NCBI GenBank assembly: GCA_049304095.1
Contig: JBAQNU010000022.1
Coordinates: 2,348 to 66,347 of the forward strand
DNA length: 64,000 nt
Source: Candidatus Moraniibacteriota bacterium
Lineage (GTDB): Bacteria > Patescibacteriota > Minisyncoccia > Moranbacterales > UBA2206
Direction of reading: 5' to 3'
The notes beneath the pieces are model-generated. The model was not told the DNA's origin. It made no database searches and was given only the letters and a program-made list of their open reading frames with translations. Both the position numbers and the translations under genes were made by a program. Shown here one piece after another: positions 1 through 8,304 of this stretch; position 1 is the stretch's first letter, and each line of letters opens with the position of its first letter.

Positions 1-1
1 T

Positions 2-277
2 CAACTCTATCTTTGCAATGATTGCCAGAAAACATTTACCCCGGGCGCGACCAAAGGCAAACATCATTCTATTGGCGTTATACTAGATGCGATTAGTTTG
101 TATTATATCGGGTATAGCCTTGAAGAATCAGCAAGAAGAGTTAGTCAAATTATTAATGAGAATAAAACGTCCCATTTCCAAAGTTCTTCAGAAGTTGTAA
201 ACAATGGTCAAAAAGGGACTGCCATGGGGGAGAGTAGGGGAAATAGTTTTGTATTTGACAAGTATATAATAATCTGA
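2..277 (+). CDS. 3' part of a zinc-ribbon protein gene (5' end outside window); short paralogue of the gene starting at 62925
   Basis: Frame 2 translates as QLYLCNDCQKTFTPGATKGKH...GYSLEES and stops at 275-277. Nucleotides 1-130 align at roughly 85 % identity with 63065-63200, the C-x2-C half of a Cys4 ribbon. It diverges and terminates about 60 codons later, unlike the long copy. Confidence 0.5.
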   Translation, partial: QLYLCNDCQKTFTPGATKGKHHSIGVILDAISLYYIGYSLEESARRVSQIINENKTSHFQSSSEVVNNGQKGTAMGESRGNSFVFDKYIII

Positions 278-324
278 TAATATTAGATATGATAAGTATA
301 AAATAATCAGAAAATATAAATAAT

Positions 325-1533
325 ATGCTTTATTCAAGGGATATTCTAAAAAAAATTGAGCGGGTGATTTCTCGAGAGGAATTTATTATCCTCACTGGCG
401 CGCGCCAGACCGGCAAAACATCGCTCCTGCTTATGCTCAAAGGTGGCCTGGAAGAAAAAGGGCATATTTGCCATTATTTCAACCTGGAAAATCCGGAGCA
501 TCTTAAATTTTTCAATGAACACCCATTTAATTTATTAGAGGCGATTCCCACGCAAAAAACCAAGCAGTATGTTTTTATTGATGAAATTCAATACTTGAAT
601 GATCCCAGTAATTTTCTAAAACTGCTTTATGACGAAAAACGCACTCAAGTGAAAATTATCGTTTCCGGCTCATCTTCTTTCTATCTCGACAAAAAATTTC
701 ACGACAGCCTAGCTGGTCGAAAATTTTTATTTGAAATTTATCCCTTGAATTTTGATGAATTCCTGCTTTTCAAAGGTGAGGAAAAGTTACTGCTAGAAAA
801 AGGAAAGAAGTTATCACTCTATCTGCAAAAAAAAGTTAGCGAGCTGTGGCAGGAATATGTCGTCTATGGCGGATATCCTAAAGTCGTCTTGGCGGAAAAG
901 CCAGAAATGAAAAAAATTTTGCTGGAAGAAATTGGTGCGTCCTATATCAAAAAAGACATTGCTGATGCCGGAATTCGCAACAGTGAAAAATATTTTTTCC
1001 TCTTGCGCCTACTAGCCGAACAAACCGGCCAATTAGTTAATTCGCAAGAATTGGCCAGCACACTGGGTATCGTGCATAAAACTGTGGAAGAATATCTCTA
1101 TGTGATGAAAAAGTCCTATCAAGTCGCTTTTATCGTTCCGTTCTACAAAAATTTACGCAAAGAACTAGTCAAAATGCCCAAAGTCTATTTCTATGACCTG
1201 GGCTTGCGCAATTTTTTCTTAGATGATTATTCCGCGCCAGAAAAACGCAAAGACAAAGGAGCTTATTTGGAAAATATTATTTTTTGTGGACTGTTGAAAG
1301 AAATCAAAGATGCCGGAAAGATTAAATTTTGGCGGACGCAAGATCAAAAAGAAGTGGATTTCGTGGTGAGAAATAGGGCGTACGAGGTTAAATACGATTC
1401 GGCAAAATTGAAGGAGGGGAAATACGCGATATTCAAAACAGAGTATCCTGATATTGAATTTTCATTCCTTACTCAAAAAGACGTGTTGAAAAGATTTTAC
1501 GGCTGGGATGACGTGACGCAGATCGGGCTATGA
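325..1533 (+). CDS. AAA+ ATPase with C-terminal DUF4143-type domain
   Basis: Walker A GARQTGKTSLL near the N-terminus. The 402-aa length and layout are typical of the archaeal/bacterial ATPase DUF4143 family. Confidence 0.7.
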   Translation: MLYSRDILKKIERVISREEFIILTGARQTGKTSLLLMLKGGLEEKGHICHYFNLENPEHLKFFNEHPFNLLEAIPTQKTKQYVFIDEIQYLNDPSNFLKLLYDEKRTQVKIIVSGSSSFYLDKKFHDSLAGRKFLFEIYPLNFDEFLLFKGEEKLLLEKGKKLSLYLQKKVSELWQEYVVYGGYPKVVLAEKPEMKKILLEEIGASYIKKDIADAGIRNSEKYFFLLRLLAEQTGQLVNSQELASTLGIVHKTVEEYLYVMKKSYQVAFIVPFYKNLRKELVKMPKVYFYDLGLRNFFLDDYSAPEKRKDKGAYLENIIFCGLLKEIKDAGKIKFWRTQDQKEVDFVVRNRAYEVKYDSAKLKEGKYAIFKTEYPDIEFSFLTQKDVLKRFYGWDDVTQIGL

Positions 1534-1597
1534 TTTAAAATTGGCGGAAATATATTGAAGTGGCGAAATTGGAGGGGAAATAGAAATTAAAATGGCG

Positions 1598-4105
1598 CTA
1601 GCGATTCATCTCAAAACTTTCCACTCCATCAGCACTCAAAAGATAGACTAAGCTATTTTCTTCATTCACACTAAAATCGTCGGCCTCGGCGATTTTTGCG
1701 TTATAGTATTGAGCCAGAATTTTCCCGTCATTGTCCAATTTCACCACTCGGGCATTGGCTTTATCTAGCACATAGAGATTAGCGGAATCTCTTTTGGTGT
1801 AGAGTTTTGTGAACTTGATTGATGTCGCGGTCTCTTCAATTGAGAACTCCACTTTTTTGCCGCGGAATAATTTTTGAATCTCGTTTTCGCTAGCCAAAAA
1901 AACATTTTCATTGATGGCCATATTTTTTGCATCAGCCAAAACCAACTCATCTTTGAGCCAGGCGGTTTTTTCTCCAAAACCGCCCTCCGCGCGAGGATAG
2001 CGATAGATCTGATTGTTTTTTCCGTCAAAGAGATAGGCATAGGTCAAATAAGTCTCGGCGGAGACAATCTCGGAATTTTCTGGAAAGGTGAGATTGTTGG
2101 GAGTGAATTTCCCCGTGGCTGGCGCGAGAGATGCGACGCGATTATTTTTAACCAGAAAAATTAAATTTAAATCATCCATGCCAAAAAACATTTGGGGATT
2201 TTGGAAATCAGTAGGAATCGCGATTTCTTTTTGGCTTTCCATATCAACTACTGCCGTACCCCTTAGAGCAAATAACTTTCCATTGAGATTCTGAATTTTT
2301 GTTAGGCCTGTACTGACAAATATTTCAGTAAGATCAGCTAGGCGTGTAACGTTTTTGTCTTCTTCTAGAGGTAGGGTGACGACTGGCGTTTCCACGACTG
2401 GTGCGGGCGTTTTTTCAGTTAGTTGTCTCTCCCAGCGAGAAATCCAATAGGGGACGACCAGAAGAAGAAAAAGAATCGCAACAACAGAAATTTTTTGTTG
2501 AGCATTGAATTTTCCGATTAGTGTTTTCAGCTTGGAAAAATCTGGCCAAAGATGACCAATTTGAGCAGTCCAAGAAGTTGCCTCAGTTTTTTTGCCAGCA
2601 AAAATACCACGTCGACTTTTGGCAAAAAAAGTTTCGACGTTTTCTTCGGCGGGAGCTTTTTTAGGTGTAATGAGACTTTTTTGCGCGTTGCGTTCTTTTT
2701 GTTTTTTAGCATAATAAGCTTTGGCAAAAGTGCTGGTGCGCAGAAAAAATTTAGCAGGCCAGCGCAAGATTAAAATAGAAAGATCAACAAATTTTTCCCA
2801 GAGCCAGATGGAACCCGCCTTTATCTTCGGCGCATAATTTTGATATATCAGTCGTAGAGATGTGGCACTGCCACGTCTTTCTTTCGACGCAGATGGCACT
2901 TCTTCGGCGCCCACTTCCTTTTGCAAATTACTGCGAATCAGCGCTTCTAGCTCATCGGAAGTTTTTTCTTTTTTAGTTTTAAATTTAGGGGTAGTTTCTT
3001 TGAGATAGCGTGTGAAAGCTTGTGTGGTGCTTTGAGCTGTTTTTCCAAAGGCCACCGCCAAAAAAGCAAGTTTTTCTTTTGCATGTGAAAAATCAAAAGC
3101 CGGTAAGCTAAAGCGGGAAGTTGGATCTTCCAAGGGGGTAGGGTTTTCTTTCAGATAGATGTGTCCAGTTTTTTTATCAACAAAATCAGCTCGTGCTTCT
3201 TCGTTAGCGGGGGCTGTGGTATCTTCGGTTGGTTCCGTAGAGACACATTGCAATGTGTCTCTACCATGCGTCGGGGTGTCCTCATTAGGCACTGTTGTGT
3301 CTCTACCGTCTTTAGGTTTAGGCTTTTTGGACGCGCGAAACGCCGCTTGACTGAAAGCATTAAATGCGGGCGTTTTGGCGGGAGTGGAACTGGAAGCTTC
3401 TAGCTCCTCAACCTCCGCGACGTCAACTACCAGTGTAGCGACTTGATCTAGTTCGTTCACCAGTGCGGTATTGAGAAACTGGATGAAATTTTCGCGGGAA
3501 AACTTGAGGGCGCTTTTTTTAATTTCTTCTAGCGAGAACAACTCAAAAAGTTCTTGAGTGGTGAAAAAAAGCTTGTCGCCGTTTTCTATTTTTCCTGAGA
3601 TGACATCTTGAAAAGTTTTGAGCGGACTGATTTCCATTTCCTCCAGTGGGTTTTCGGTTATTTCAACAAGAGCGTTTTTGCGTAGGAGAAATGCGGAGGC
3701 GGTGCCCGTTACGGAGAGGAGCAGATTATTTTTTTCAATCACGGCGCAAACGGCGTTGATGTGGCCAATCCAATTGATGTTTTCATGAGTAGCAAGACCA
3801 GCGAGAGCCAAGTTAGCTTTGTGTAGGGCTGCTTCAAAGTTTTCCACCGGACCACGATTGGTCTTGGCAAAATATTCTTTTTTGATGACGGAAATGAGAT
3901 AGTTGACGATGTAGGAAGAGTCTTCGGAATAATCGTTAATCTGAAAAATACCCACGAGAATCCCCAGATTTTTGCGAGAAATGTTTTCTGGCTCTTCAAT
4001 TAAAATTTCCAAAAAGGGGCGATTTTCTTTTTTCTTGCAAATCAAAATATTTTGAAAATTTGGTTTCAAAGAGACAATTTTTTTGTCCAATTTTCTTTTG
4101 GCCAT
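1598..4105 (-). CDS. Membrane protein: N-terminal PP2C/SpoIIE-like (possibly degenerate) domain, one TM helix, C-terminal extracytoplasmic domain
   Basis: The 861-aa ORF runs to 4183, but the likely start is MAKRKLDKK at 4105. The segment NAVCAVIEKNNLLLSVTGTASAFLLRKNALVEI resembles the RsbU/SpoIIE core (YANAGHNPPLLLR) with GH replaced by GT. A hydrophobic helix ISVVAILFLLLVVPYWI is followed by about 280 aa. Confidence 0.45.
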   Translation of the reverse strand: MAKRKLDKKIVSLKPNFQNILICKKKENRPFLEILIEEPENISRKNLGILVGIFQINDYSEDSSYIVNYLISVIKKEYFAKTNRGPVENFEAALHKANLALAGLATHENINWIGHINAVCAVIEKNNLLLSVTGTASAFLLRKNALVEITENPLEEMEISPLKTFQDVISGKIENGDKLFFTTQELFELFSLEEIKKSALKFSRENFIQFLNTALVNELDQVATLVVDVAEVEELEASSSTPAKTPAFNAFSQAAFRASKKPKPKDGRDTTVPNEDTPTHGRDTLQCVSTEPTEDTTAPANEEARADFVDKKTGHIYLKENPTPLEDPTSRFSLPAFDFSHAKEKLAFLAVAFGKTAQSTTQAFTRYLKETTPKFKTKKEKTSDELEALIRSNLQKEVGAEEVPSASKERRGSATSLRLIYQNYAPKIKAGSIWLWEKFVDLSILILRWPAKFFLRTSTFAKAYYAKKQKERNAQKSLITPKKAPAEENVETFFAKSRRGIFAGKKTEATSWTAQIGHLWPDFSKLKTLIGKFNAQQKISVVAILFLLLVVPYWISRWERQLTEKTPAPVVETPVVTLPLEEDKNVTRLADLTEIFVSTGLTKIQNLNGKLFALRGTAVVDMESQKEIAIPTDFQNPQMFFGMDDLNLIFLVKNNRVASLAPATGKFTPNNLTFPENSEIVSAETYLTYAYLFDGKNNQIYRYPRAEGGFGEKTAWLKDELVLADAKNMAINENVFLASENEIQKLFRGKKVEFSIEETATSIKFTKLYTKRDSANLYVLDKANARVVKLDNDGKILAQYYNAKIAEADDFSVNEENSLVYLLSADGVESFEMNR

Positions 4106-4195
4106 AGGGATGAAACTAGAATATCTAAATTTTAACACAAATGTGGGGAAAATAAAATAAGCGCTGGGAAGTGGGGCGGGCAAAACCCGAAAACC

Positions 4196-4224
4196 TTGAC
4201 ATAAATGCGAAAACGACCTAAACT
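4196..4224 (+). promoter_or_regulatory. sigma70-like promoter upstream of rpsP (TTGACA-N17-TAAACT)
   Basis: TTGACA at 4196-4201, a 17-nt spacer, then TAAACT at 4219-4224, about 70 nt upstream of the rpsP ATG. Confidence 0.45.
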
Positions 4225-4292
4225 GTTCTAGTAATCTAAATTGCCCTGAGAAAGGCGCTTTTGCGTCTCAGTTTTCACTAAATAAAACAATT

Positions 4293-4691
4293 ATGCTGAC
4301 AATAAGACTGGTTAGAGGCGGAAAAAAGAATAATGCGCAATTCAAAGTGATGTTGCAAGAACGCACAATTGCTCCTGGAGGACGACATGTGGAAATTTTG
4401 GGTAGCTATAATCCGCATTTGAAAAAGGCCACTTTGCAGACAGATCGCATCAAATATTGGATTGAAAAAGGCGCACATGTTTCTGATACAGCCTACAACC
4501 TTCTGGTAAAAAACTCTGTTATCACAGGAGAAAAGAGAAAGGTAAAATTGCCAGAGAAAAAAGTAGAAGTAGCCCCTGTAACTGAAACTCCTGCTGAAGC
4601 CGCCACCAAAGCTCCTGCTGAAGTGAAGGCTGAAGAGGTAAAAGAAGAAGTTGTTCCAGAGAAAGTGGAGGAAGTGGCAAAGGCCGAATAA
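4293..4691 (+). CDS. rpsP: 30S ribosomal protein S16 with a Lys/Glu/Ala-rich C-terminal extension
   Basis: MLTIRLVRGGKKNNAQFKVMLQERTIAPGGRHVEILGSYNPH is canonical bS16. At 132 aa it is longer than the usual roughly 80 aa because of a tail KAEEVKEEVVPEKVEEVAKAE. Confidence 0.9.
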   Translation: MLTIRLVRGGKKNNAQFKVMLQERTIAPGGRHVEILGSYNPHLKKATLQTDRIKYWIEKGAHVSDTAYNLLVKNSVITGEKRKVKLPEKKVEVAPVTETPAEAATKAPAEVKAEEVKEEVVPEKVEEVAKAE

Positions 4692-4782
4692 TAGAGTTAA
4701 AATAGAATAAGATTTTTCCGTAGACGATAGGCTCAAAAAATAAGACCTATTGAGGAGAACAAAATATATATTTTTTTGTTTT

Positions 4783-4813
4783 ATCCTGCGGAGATGTCGC
4801 AGGATTTTTAATT
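4783..4813 (+). terminator. Rho-independent terminator after rpsP
   Basis: ATCCTGCG-GAGATGT-CGCAGGAT, an 8-bp perfect stem with a 7-nt loop, followed by TTTTTAATTT. Confidence 0.7.
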
Positions 4814-4831
4814 TATCTAAAGAATACTTTT

Positions 4832-5347
4832 ATGCAAACGAAACAGCAAAAAGAAGTGATCACCAAAGAATTGGCGGAAAAATTGAAAGAGGCCAAAGGA
4901 GTGGTTTTTTCTGATTTTAAAGGCCTCACCATGAAAGACTTGGTAGCTTTGCGCAAAGATCTTCGCGCAGAAAATATCAGTCTCAAAGTGGTGAAAAAGA
5001 CACTGATTGATATTGCGCTCAAAAATGCGGGCATGAATATTAGTGTCAAAGACATGGAAGGACAAATCGCTATTGCCGTTTCGGGCGTGGATGAGGTGGC
5101 TGCAGCGAAAGTGATTAGCAATTTTGCCAAGACTAACAAAAATCTGAAAGTGACTGGAGGAGTTTTGGAAGGCGCATTGCTCAGTGCTGATCAGGTGTTG
5201 GCTCTTTCCAAGTTGCCATCCAAAAAGGAACTGTTGGCCAAATTTGTGGGAACCATCAATGCTCCAGTAACGAATTTTGTTCGAGTGCTCTCGGGAAATC
5301 TCAGTGGCTTGGTGCGAGTTTTGCAAGCAGTGGCGGATAAGAAATAA
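4832..5347 (+). CDS. rplJ: 50S ribosomal protein L10
   Basis: N-terminus KELAEKLKEAKGVVFSDFKGLTMKDLVALRKDLR is typical uL10. It sits immediately upstream of rplL. Confidence 0.9.
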   Translation: MQTKQQKEVITKELAEKLKEAKGVVFSDFKGLTMKDLVALRKDLRAENISLKVVKKTLIDIALKNAGMNISVKDMEGQIAIAVSGVDEVAAAKVISNFAKTNKNLKVTGGVLEGALLSADQVLALSKLPSKKELLAKFVGTINAPVTNFVRVLSGNLSGLVRVLQAVADKK

Positions 5348-5379
5348 TTTGTTAATTAGTTAATTTTTTTAATAAGCAT

Positions 5380-5814
5380 ATGACAGACGAAAAATCCACC
5401 TCCGCTGAAGCTACGGCGGACAAGAAGGAAGTTGAGGTTCCAGAAAAATTCAAAAAGCTTGTGGCTGAAATTGAAACCATGAGTGTTTTGGAACTTTCTG
5501 AGCTCGTGAAAGTGTTGGAAGAGAAATTTGGTGTTTCTGCTTCCGCTGGTGTAATGATGGCCGCTGCTCCAGCTGGAGAAGCTGCTGCAGCTCCCGAGGA
5601 AAAATCAGAATTTGATGTAGAAGTGACCGCTTGTGGCGCTTCAAAGATCAATGTGATCAAAGCCGTGCGCGAACTGACTGGTCTTGGCCTCAAAGATGCT
5701 AAGGATTTGGTAGACGCCGCTCCAAAGGTAATCAAAGAAAAAGTCTCAAAAGCTGACGCTGAGAACATGAAAAAGAAACTGGAAGAAGCCGGTGCAACTG
5801 TGACTTTGAAATAG
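5380..5814 (+). CDS. rplL: 50S ribosomal protein L7/L12
   Basis: Ala-rich hinge and C-terminal domain [56 protein letters not shown]. Confidence 0.95.
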   Translation: MTDEKSTSAEATADKKEVEVPEKFKKLVAEIETMSVLELSELVKVLEEKFGVSASAGVMMAAAPAGEAAAAPEEKSEFDVEVTACGASKINVIKAVRELTGLGLKDAKDLVDAAPKVIKEKVSKADAENMKKKLEEAGATVTLK

Positions 5815-5835
5815 TCTTTCAAACTCAGACAAATT

Positions 5836-5885
5836 AAAAAGAAGCCTAGGCGATGATTCGCTTTTGGCTTCTTTTGTTTTTGGTT
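5836..5885 (+). terminator. Probable terminator after rplL
   Basis: AAAAGAAGCC...GGCTTCTTTT, a 10-bp stem around a 19-nt loop, followed by GTTTTTGGTTTG. Confidence 0.5.
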
Positions 5886-5900
5886 TGTAAGAAAAGGATG

Positions 5901-6239
5901 TTATTTTTTTGGTTCCACCTCCTGGGTTGCAGGTAATACCTCGGTGGTCTTTGGGATAAGAATAACAGATTCAAGCTTACCGTTTTTGTAGGTCAGCTTG
6001 ATTTGTGCGCTGAAATCCTTCTGACCTACCACTGGGACTTGCCCTAGATTTACTTCCTGTGAGAGAAGTAAATGGGCTCTTTCTCGGCTATTAATTTCAG
6101 CGCCGGCGCAGTAGCAGAATGTGCCGATAAGAACAACTAACCAGAGGAGCCACTTCCAAAATTGTTTATCCTCTTTTGCGATAAAAAGCAACCCAATCAA
6201 ACCGATTTGCCATATTGCAAAACCTATCCAGTATACCAT
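5901..6239 (-). CDS. Hypothetical small membrane protein
   Basis: 112-aa ORF with two N-terminal hydrophobic helices. No recognisable family. Confidence 0.35.
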   Translation of the reverse strand: MVYWIGFAIWQIGLIGLLFIAKEDKQFWKWLLWLVVLIGTFCYCAGAEINSRERAHLLLSQEVNLGQVPVVGQKDFSAQIKLTYKNGKLESVILIPKTTEVLPATQEVEPKK

Positions 6240-6368
6240 TCTCTCTCTCCTTTTCCTTGTTGTTTATAAAAAAACTATCCGAACACTGATTTTATAGTTT
6301 AGCACTATTTTGGGTTTTTGTCAAACAAAATTTGTTGGCGGGGCTTGGTTGAGCCTAAAAATCGTGTC

Positions 6369-6388
6369 ATTCCCGCGAAGGCGGGAAT
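6369..6388. repeat. 20-nt palindromic repeat ATTCCCGCGAAGGCGGGAAT (dRS3-like pattern ATTCCC-N8-GGGAAT)
   Basis: Perfect 8-bp hairpin GC-rich 20-mer in an AT-rich spacer. A second related copy lies 132 bp downstream. Confidence 0.6.
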
Positions 6389-6520
6389 CTAGTCTCGAGG
6401 CTATGTTCAGAAGCAAATCTTGATGTTTAGAATTGCCTTGGGTGTATTTTTTTTTAATTCTTTCTTTGGTTGTTTATCGAAACATTTAGCTGATAGTTTT
6501 TAATTAAGTTTTTTCACTGG

Positions 6521-6540
6521 ATTCTCGCCTGCGCGGGAAT
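6521..6540. repeat. Second dRS3-like 20-mer ATTCTCGCCTGCGCGGGAAT
   Basis: Its reverse complement ATTCCCGCGCAGGCGAGAAT matches copy 1 at 18/20. Together the two copies bracket 132 bp upstream of the NRAMP gene. Confidence 0.6.
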
Positions 6541-6619
6541 GATAAGAGAAAGGCACCTTGTTTTTTATCGCATTTCTCGCTATGCTTAAATTGAGAAATA
6601 AAATGCGTTAAATTTTTTT

Positions 6620-8083
6620 ATGGAGCAAGTTAAAAATGAATTGAGTCCAGTGGAAAAAAACCAGCTTTTTACGCTTTCGGAATTTCGTCATGAAATTGGT
6701 ATCCCTTTGATTTTGGCGAAAAAATTGGTGGTCTGGGGCGAGGTGGAAGCGATAAAAGCAGTGGATGGCACTTTGCGTATCACGCATGCCGAGATGCTTT
6801 TGGCTAAAAAAATGATGTCTAGTCCTTGGCGAAAAGCGCGCTATTTTTTTCGGGCGTTGGGGCCTGGGCTAATCACCGGGGCGTCCGATGATGATCCATC
6901 CGGCATTGGCACCTATTCTTCCGTGGGCGCGCAATTTGGCCTTTCCATTCTTTGGATGGCGGCTTGGCTTCTTCCGGTGATGCTTGCCGTGCAAGAAGCT
7001 TGCGCGCGCATTGGGATTGTGACTAATCAAGGTCTTACCGGAGTTTTGGCTCGGCACTATCGCAAACGGATTGTGGCGGTGGCTGTTATTTTGCTTATCA
7101 TTGCCAACATTGCCAACATCGGTGCGGACTTGGGCGCAATGGCCGCCGCGCTTTCCATGCTCACAAATCTAAATTTCTATCTCGGCGCGTTGTTTTTTGC
7201 GGCCGTCTCCATTCTGATGGAGGTTTTTATCGGCTATCATTATTATGTTAAATTTCTAAAATGGCTGGCTATCTCTGTTTTGGCCTATGTGATAACGGGC
7301 ATAATCATTCATCCGGATTGGCTCAAGGTAATTCAATTTACTTTTATGCCTAAAATTGAATTTAGTGAAGCCTATATTTTTGCCATGGTGGCAGTCTTTG
7401 GCACCACCATCACACCCTATCTTTTTTTCTGGCAAGCATCAGAAGAGGTAGAGGAAAATAAGTTGGCACACAAACTGCTTTGTGGAAAAAAAGACTGCGG
7501 AGTGCACACTAAAATTGCACGGATGCGCACAGATGTGGGCACCGGCATGATTTTGGCGAACATCGTTTTTTTCTTTATCGTGCTCACAGCGGCGCAAACT
7601 TTTTTTGCCAGCGGTATGACTAATATTCAATCAGCCCAGGAGGCGGCATTGGCCTTGCGCCCACTGGCGGGTGATTGGGCCTATGCCCTTTTTGCTTTTG
7701 GCATTATCGGCACAGGGCTGTTGGCTGTTCCAGTTTTGGCTGGTTCTGGCGCCTATGCGATTGCGGAACTTTTAAAATGGCATGAAGGATTGGAGTTGAA
7801 ATTTAGTCAGGCCAAGGGTTTCTATTTGGTAATCGCCATTTCAATTCTCGTGGGACTTTCGCTTAATTTTTTCCACATCAATCCCATCGCCGCACTCTAT
7901 TATTCTGCTTTTCTCAACGGCCTTATTGCGCTTCCGCTACTCATTATTATTATGGTTGTAGGTAATGATAAAAAAATTATGGGTCGCGAAACTCATCCCG
8001 CTTGGGTGAAATTTTTTGGCTGGCTAGCGATTGTGTTCATGGCGCTACTTAGTATCATTTCGCTCTGGCTGTATTTTCGTTAA
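6620..8083 (+). CDS. mntH: NRAMP-family divalent metal (Mn2+/Fe2+) transporter with about 70-aa N-terminal HTH-like extension
   Basis: GPGLITGASDDDPSGIGTYSSVGAQFG is the NRAMP signature, with about 11 TM segments. Residues 15-60 (LFTLSEFRHEIGIPLILAKKLVVWGEVEAIKAVDGTLRIT) resemble an excisionase/MerR-type HTH. Confidence 0.85.
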   Translation: MEQVKNELSPVEKNQLFTLSEFRHEIGIPLILAKKLVVWGEVEAIKAVDGTLRITHAEMLLAKKMMSSPWRKARYFFRALGPGLITGASDDDPSGIGTYSSVGAQFGLSILWMAAWLLPVMLAVQEACARIGIVTNQGLTGVLARHYRKRIVAVAVILLIIANIANIGADLGAMAAALSMLTNLNFYLGALFFAAVSILMEVFIGYHYYVKFLKWLAISVLAYVITGIIIHPDWLKVIQFTFMPKIEFSEAYIFAMVAVFGTTITPYLFFWQASEEVEENKLAHKLLCGKKDCGVHTKIARMRTDVGTGMILANIVFFFIVLTAAQTFFASGMTNIQSAQEAALALRPLAGDWAYALFAFGIIGTGLLAVPVLAGSGAYAIAELLKWHEGLELKFSQAKGFYLVIAISILVGLSLNFFHINPIAALYYSAFLNGLIALPLLIIIMVVGNDKKIMGRETHPAWVKFFGWLAIVFMALLSIISLWLYFR

Positions 8084-8086
8084 GAT

Positions 8087-8117
8087 AGAAGTTGCACATT
8101 TCCCCTCACAGCCATAT
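8087..8117 (+). repeat. About 30-nt conserved 3'-flank motif AGTTGCACATTTCCCCTCACAGCCATAT (copy A)
   Basis: Begins 4 nt after the mntH stop. Near-identical copy B lies at 26353-26383, 5 nt after the GT2 gene stop. Confidence 0.5.
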
Positions 8118-8212
8118 TGACTAAAAAAATAACTCGAACGCTCTTTTTTCTTTTCAAAACTTTCCCTCCCTCGGCGGCATCCAGTGGAAAGTTTTGAAGA
8201 AAAAAGGCATTC

Positions 8213-8252
8213 CCTGCCTACCGCCTGCCTGCCGGTAGGCAGGGCAGGCAGG
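8213..8252. repeat. GC-rich palindromic repeat, copy 1 (CCTGCCTACC G CCTGCCTGCC / GGTAGGCAGG GCAGGCAGG)
   Basis: A roughly 40-nt island above 70 % GC that can form an imperfect hairpin of about 20 bp. Related copies occur at 20836, 22188 and 31968. Confidence 0.6.
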
Positions 8253-8304
8253 TCAAACAGGATTTTTTTAGCCAATACGGCTGACTCGGATAAATGTGTA
8301 AGTT

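Noticed and set aside
1765-4000. Small overlapping ORFs on both strands inside the 861-aa gene (1765-2040, 1874-2164, 2088-2294, 2527-2773, 3151-3403, 3739-3999)
   Set aside because: Nested in a long ORF with domain structure. Low-complexity translations. No independent signals.
6240-6620. Mn (yybP-ykoY) riboswitch upstream of mntH
   Set aside because: The conserved riboswitch segments were not recognisable in the leader. The only GGGGAGTAGC-like string in the window belongs to the tRNA-Gln.
8143-8205. Hairpin (13-bp stem, 20-nt loop) downstream of mntH as an intrinsic terminator
   Set aside because: No U-tract follows on either strand, so it is not a canonical terminator. Mentioned only as part of the structured 3' region.
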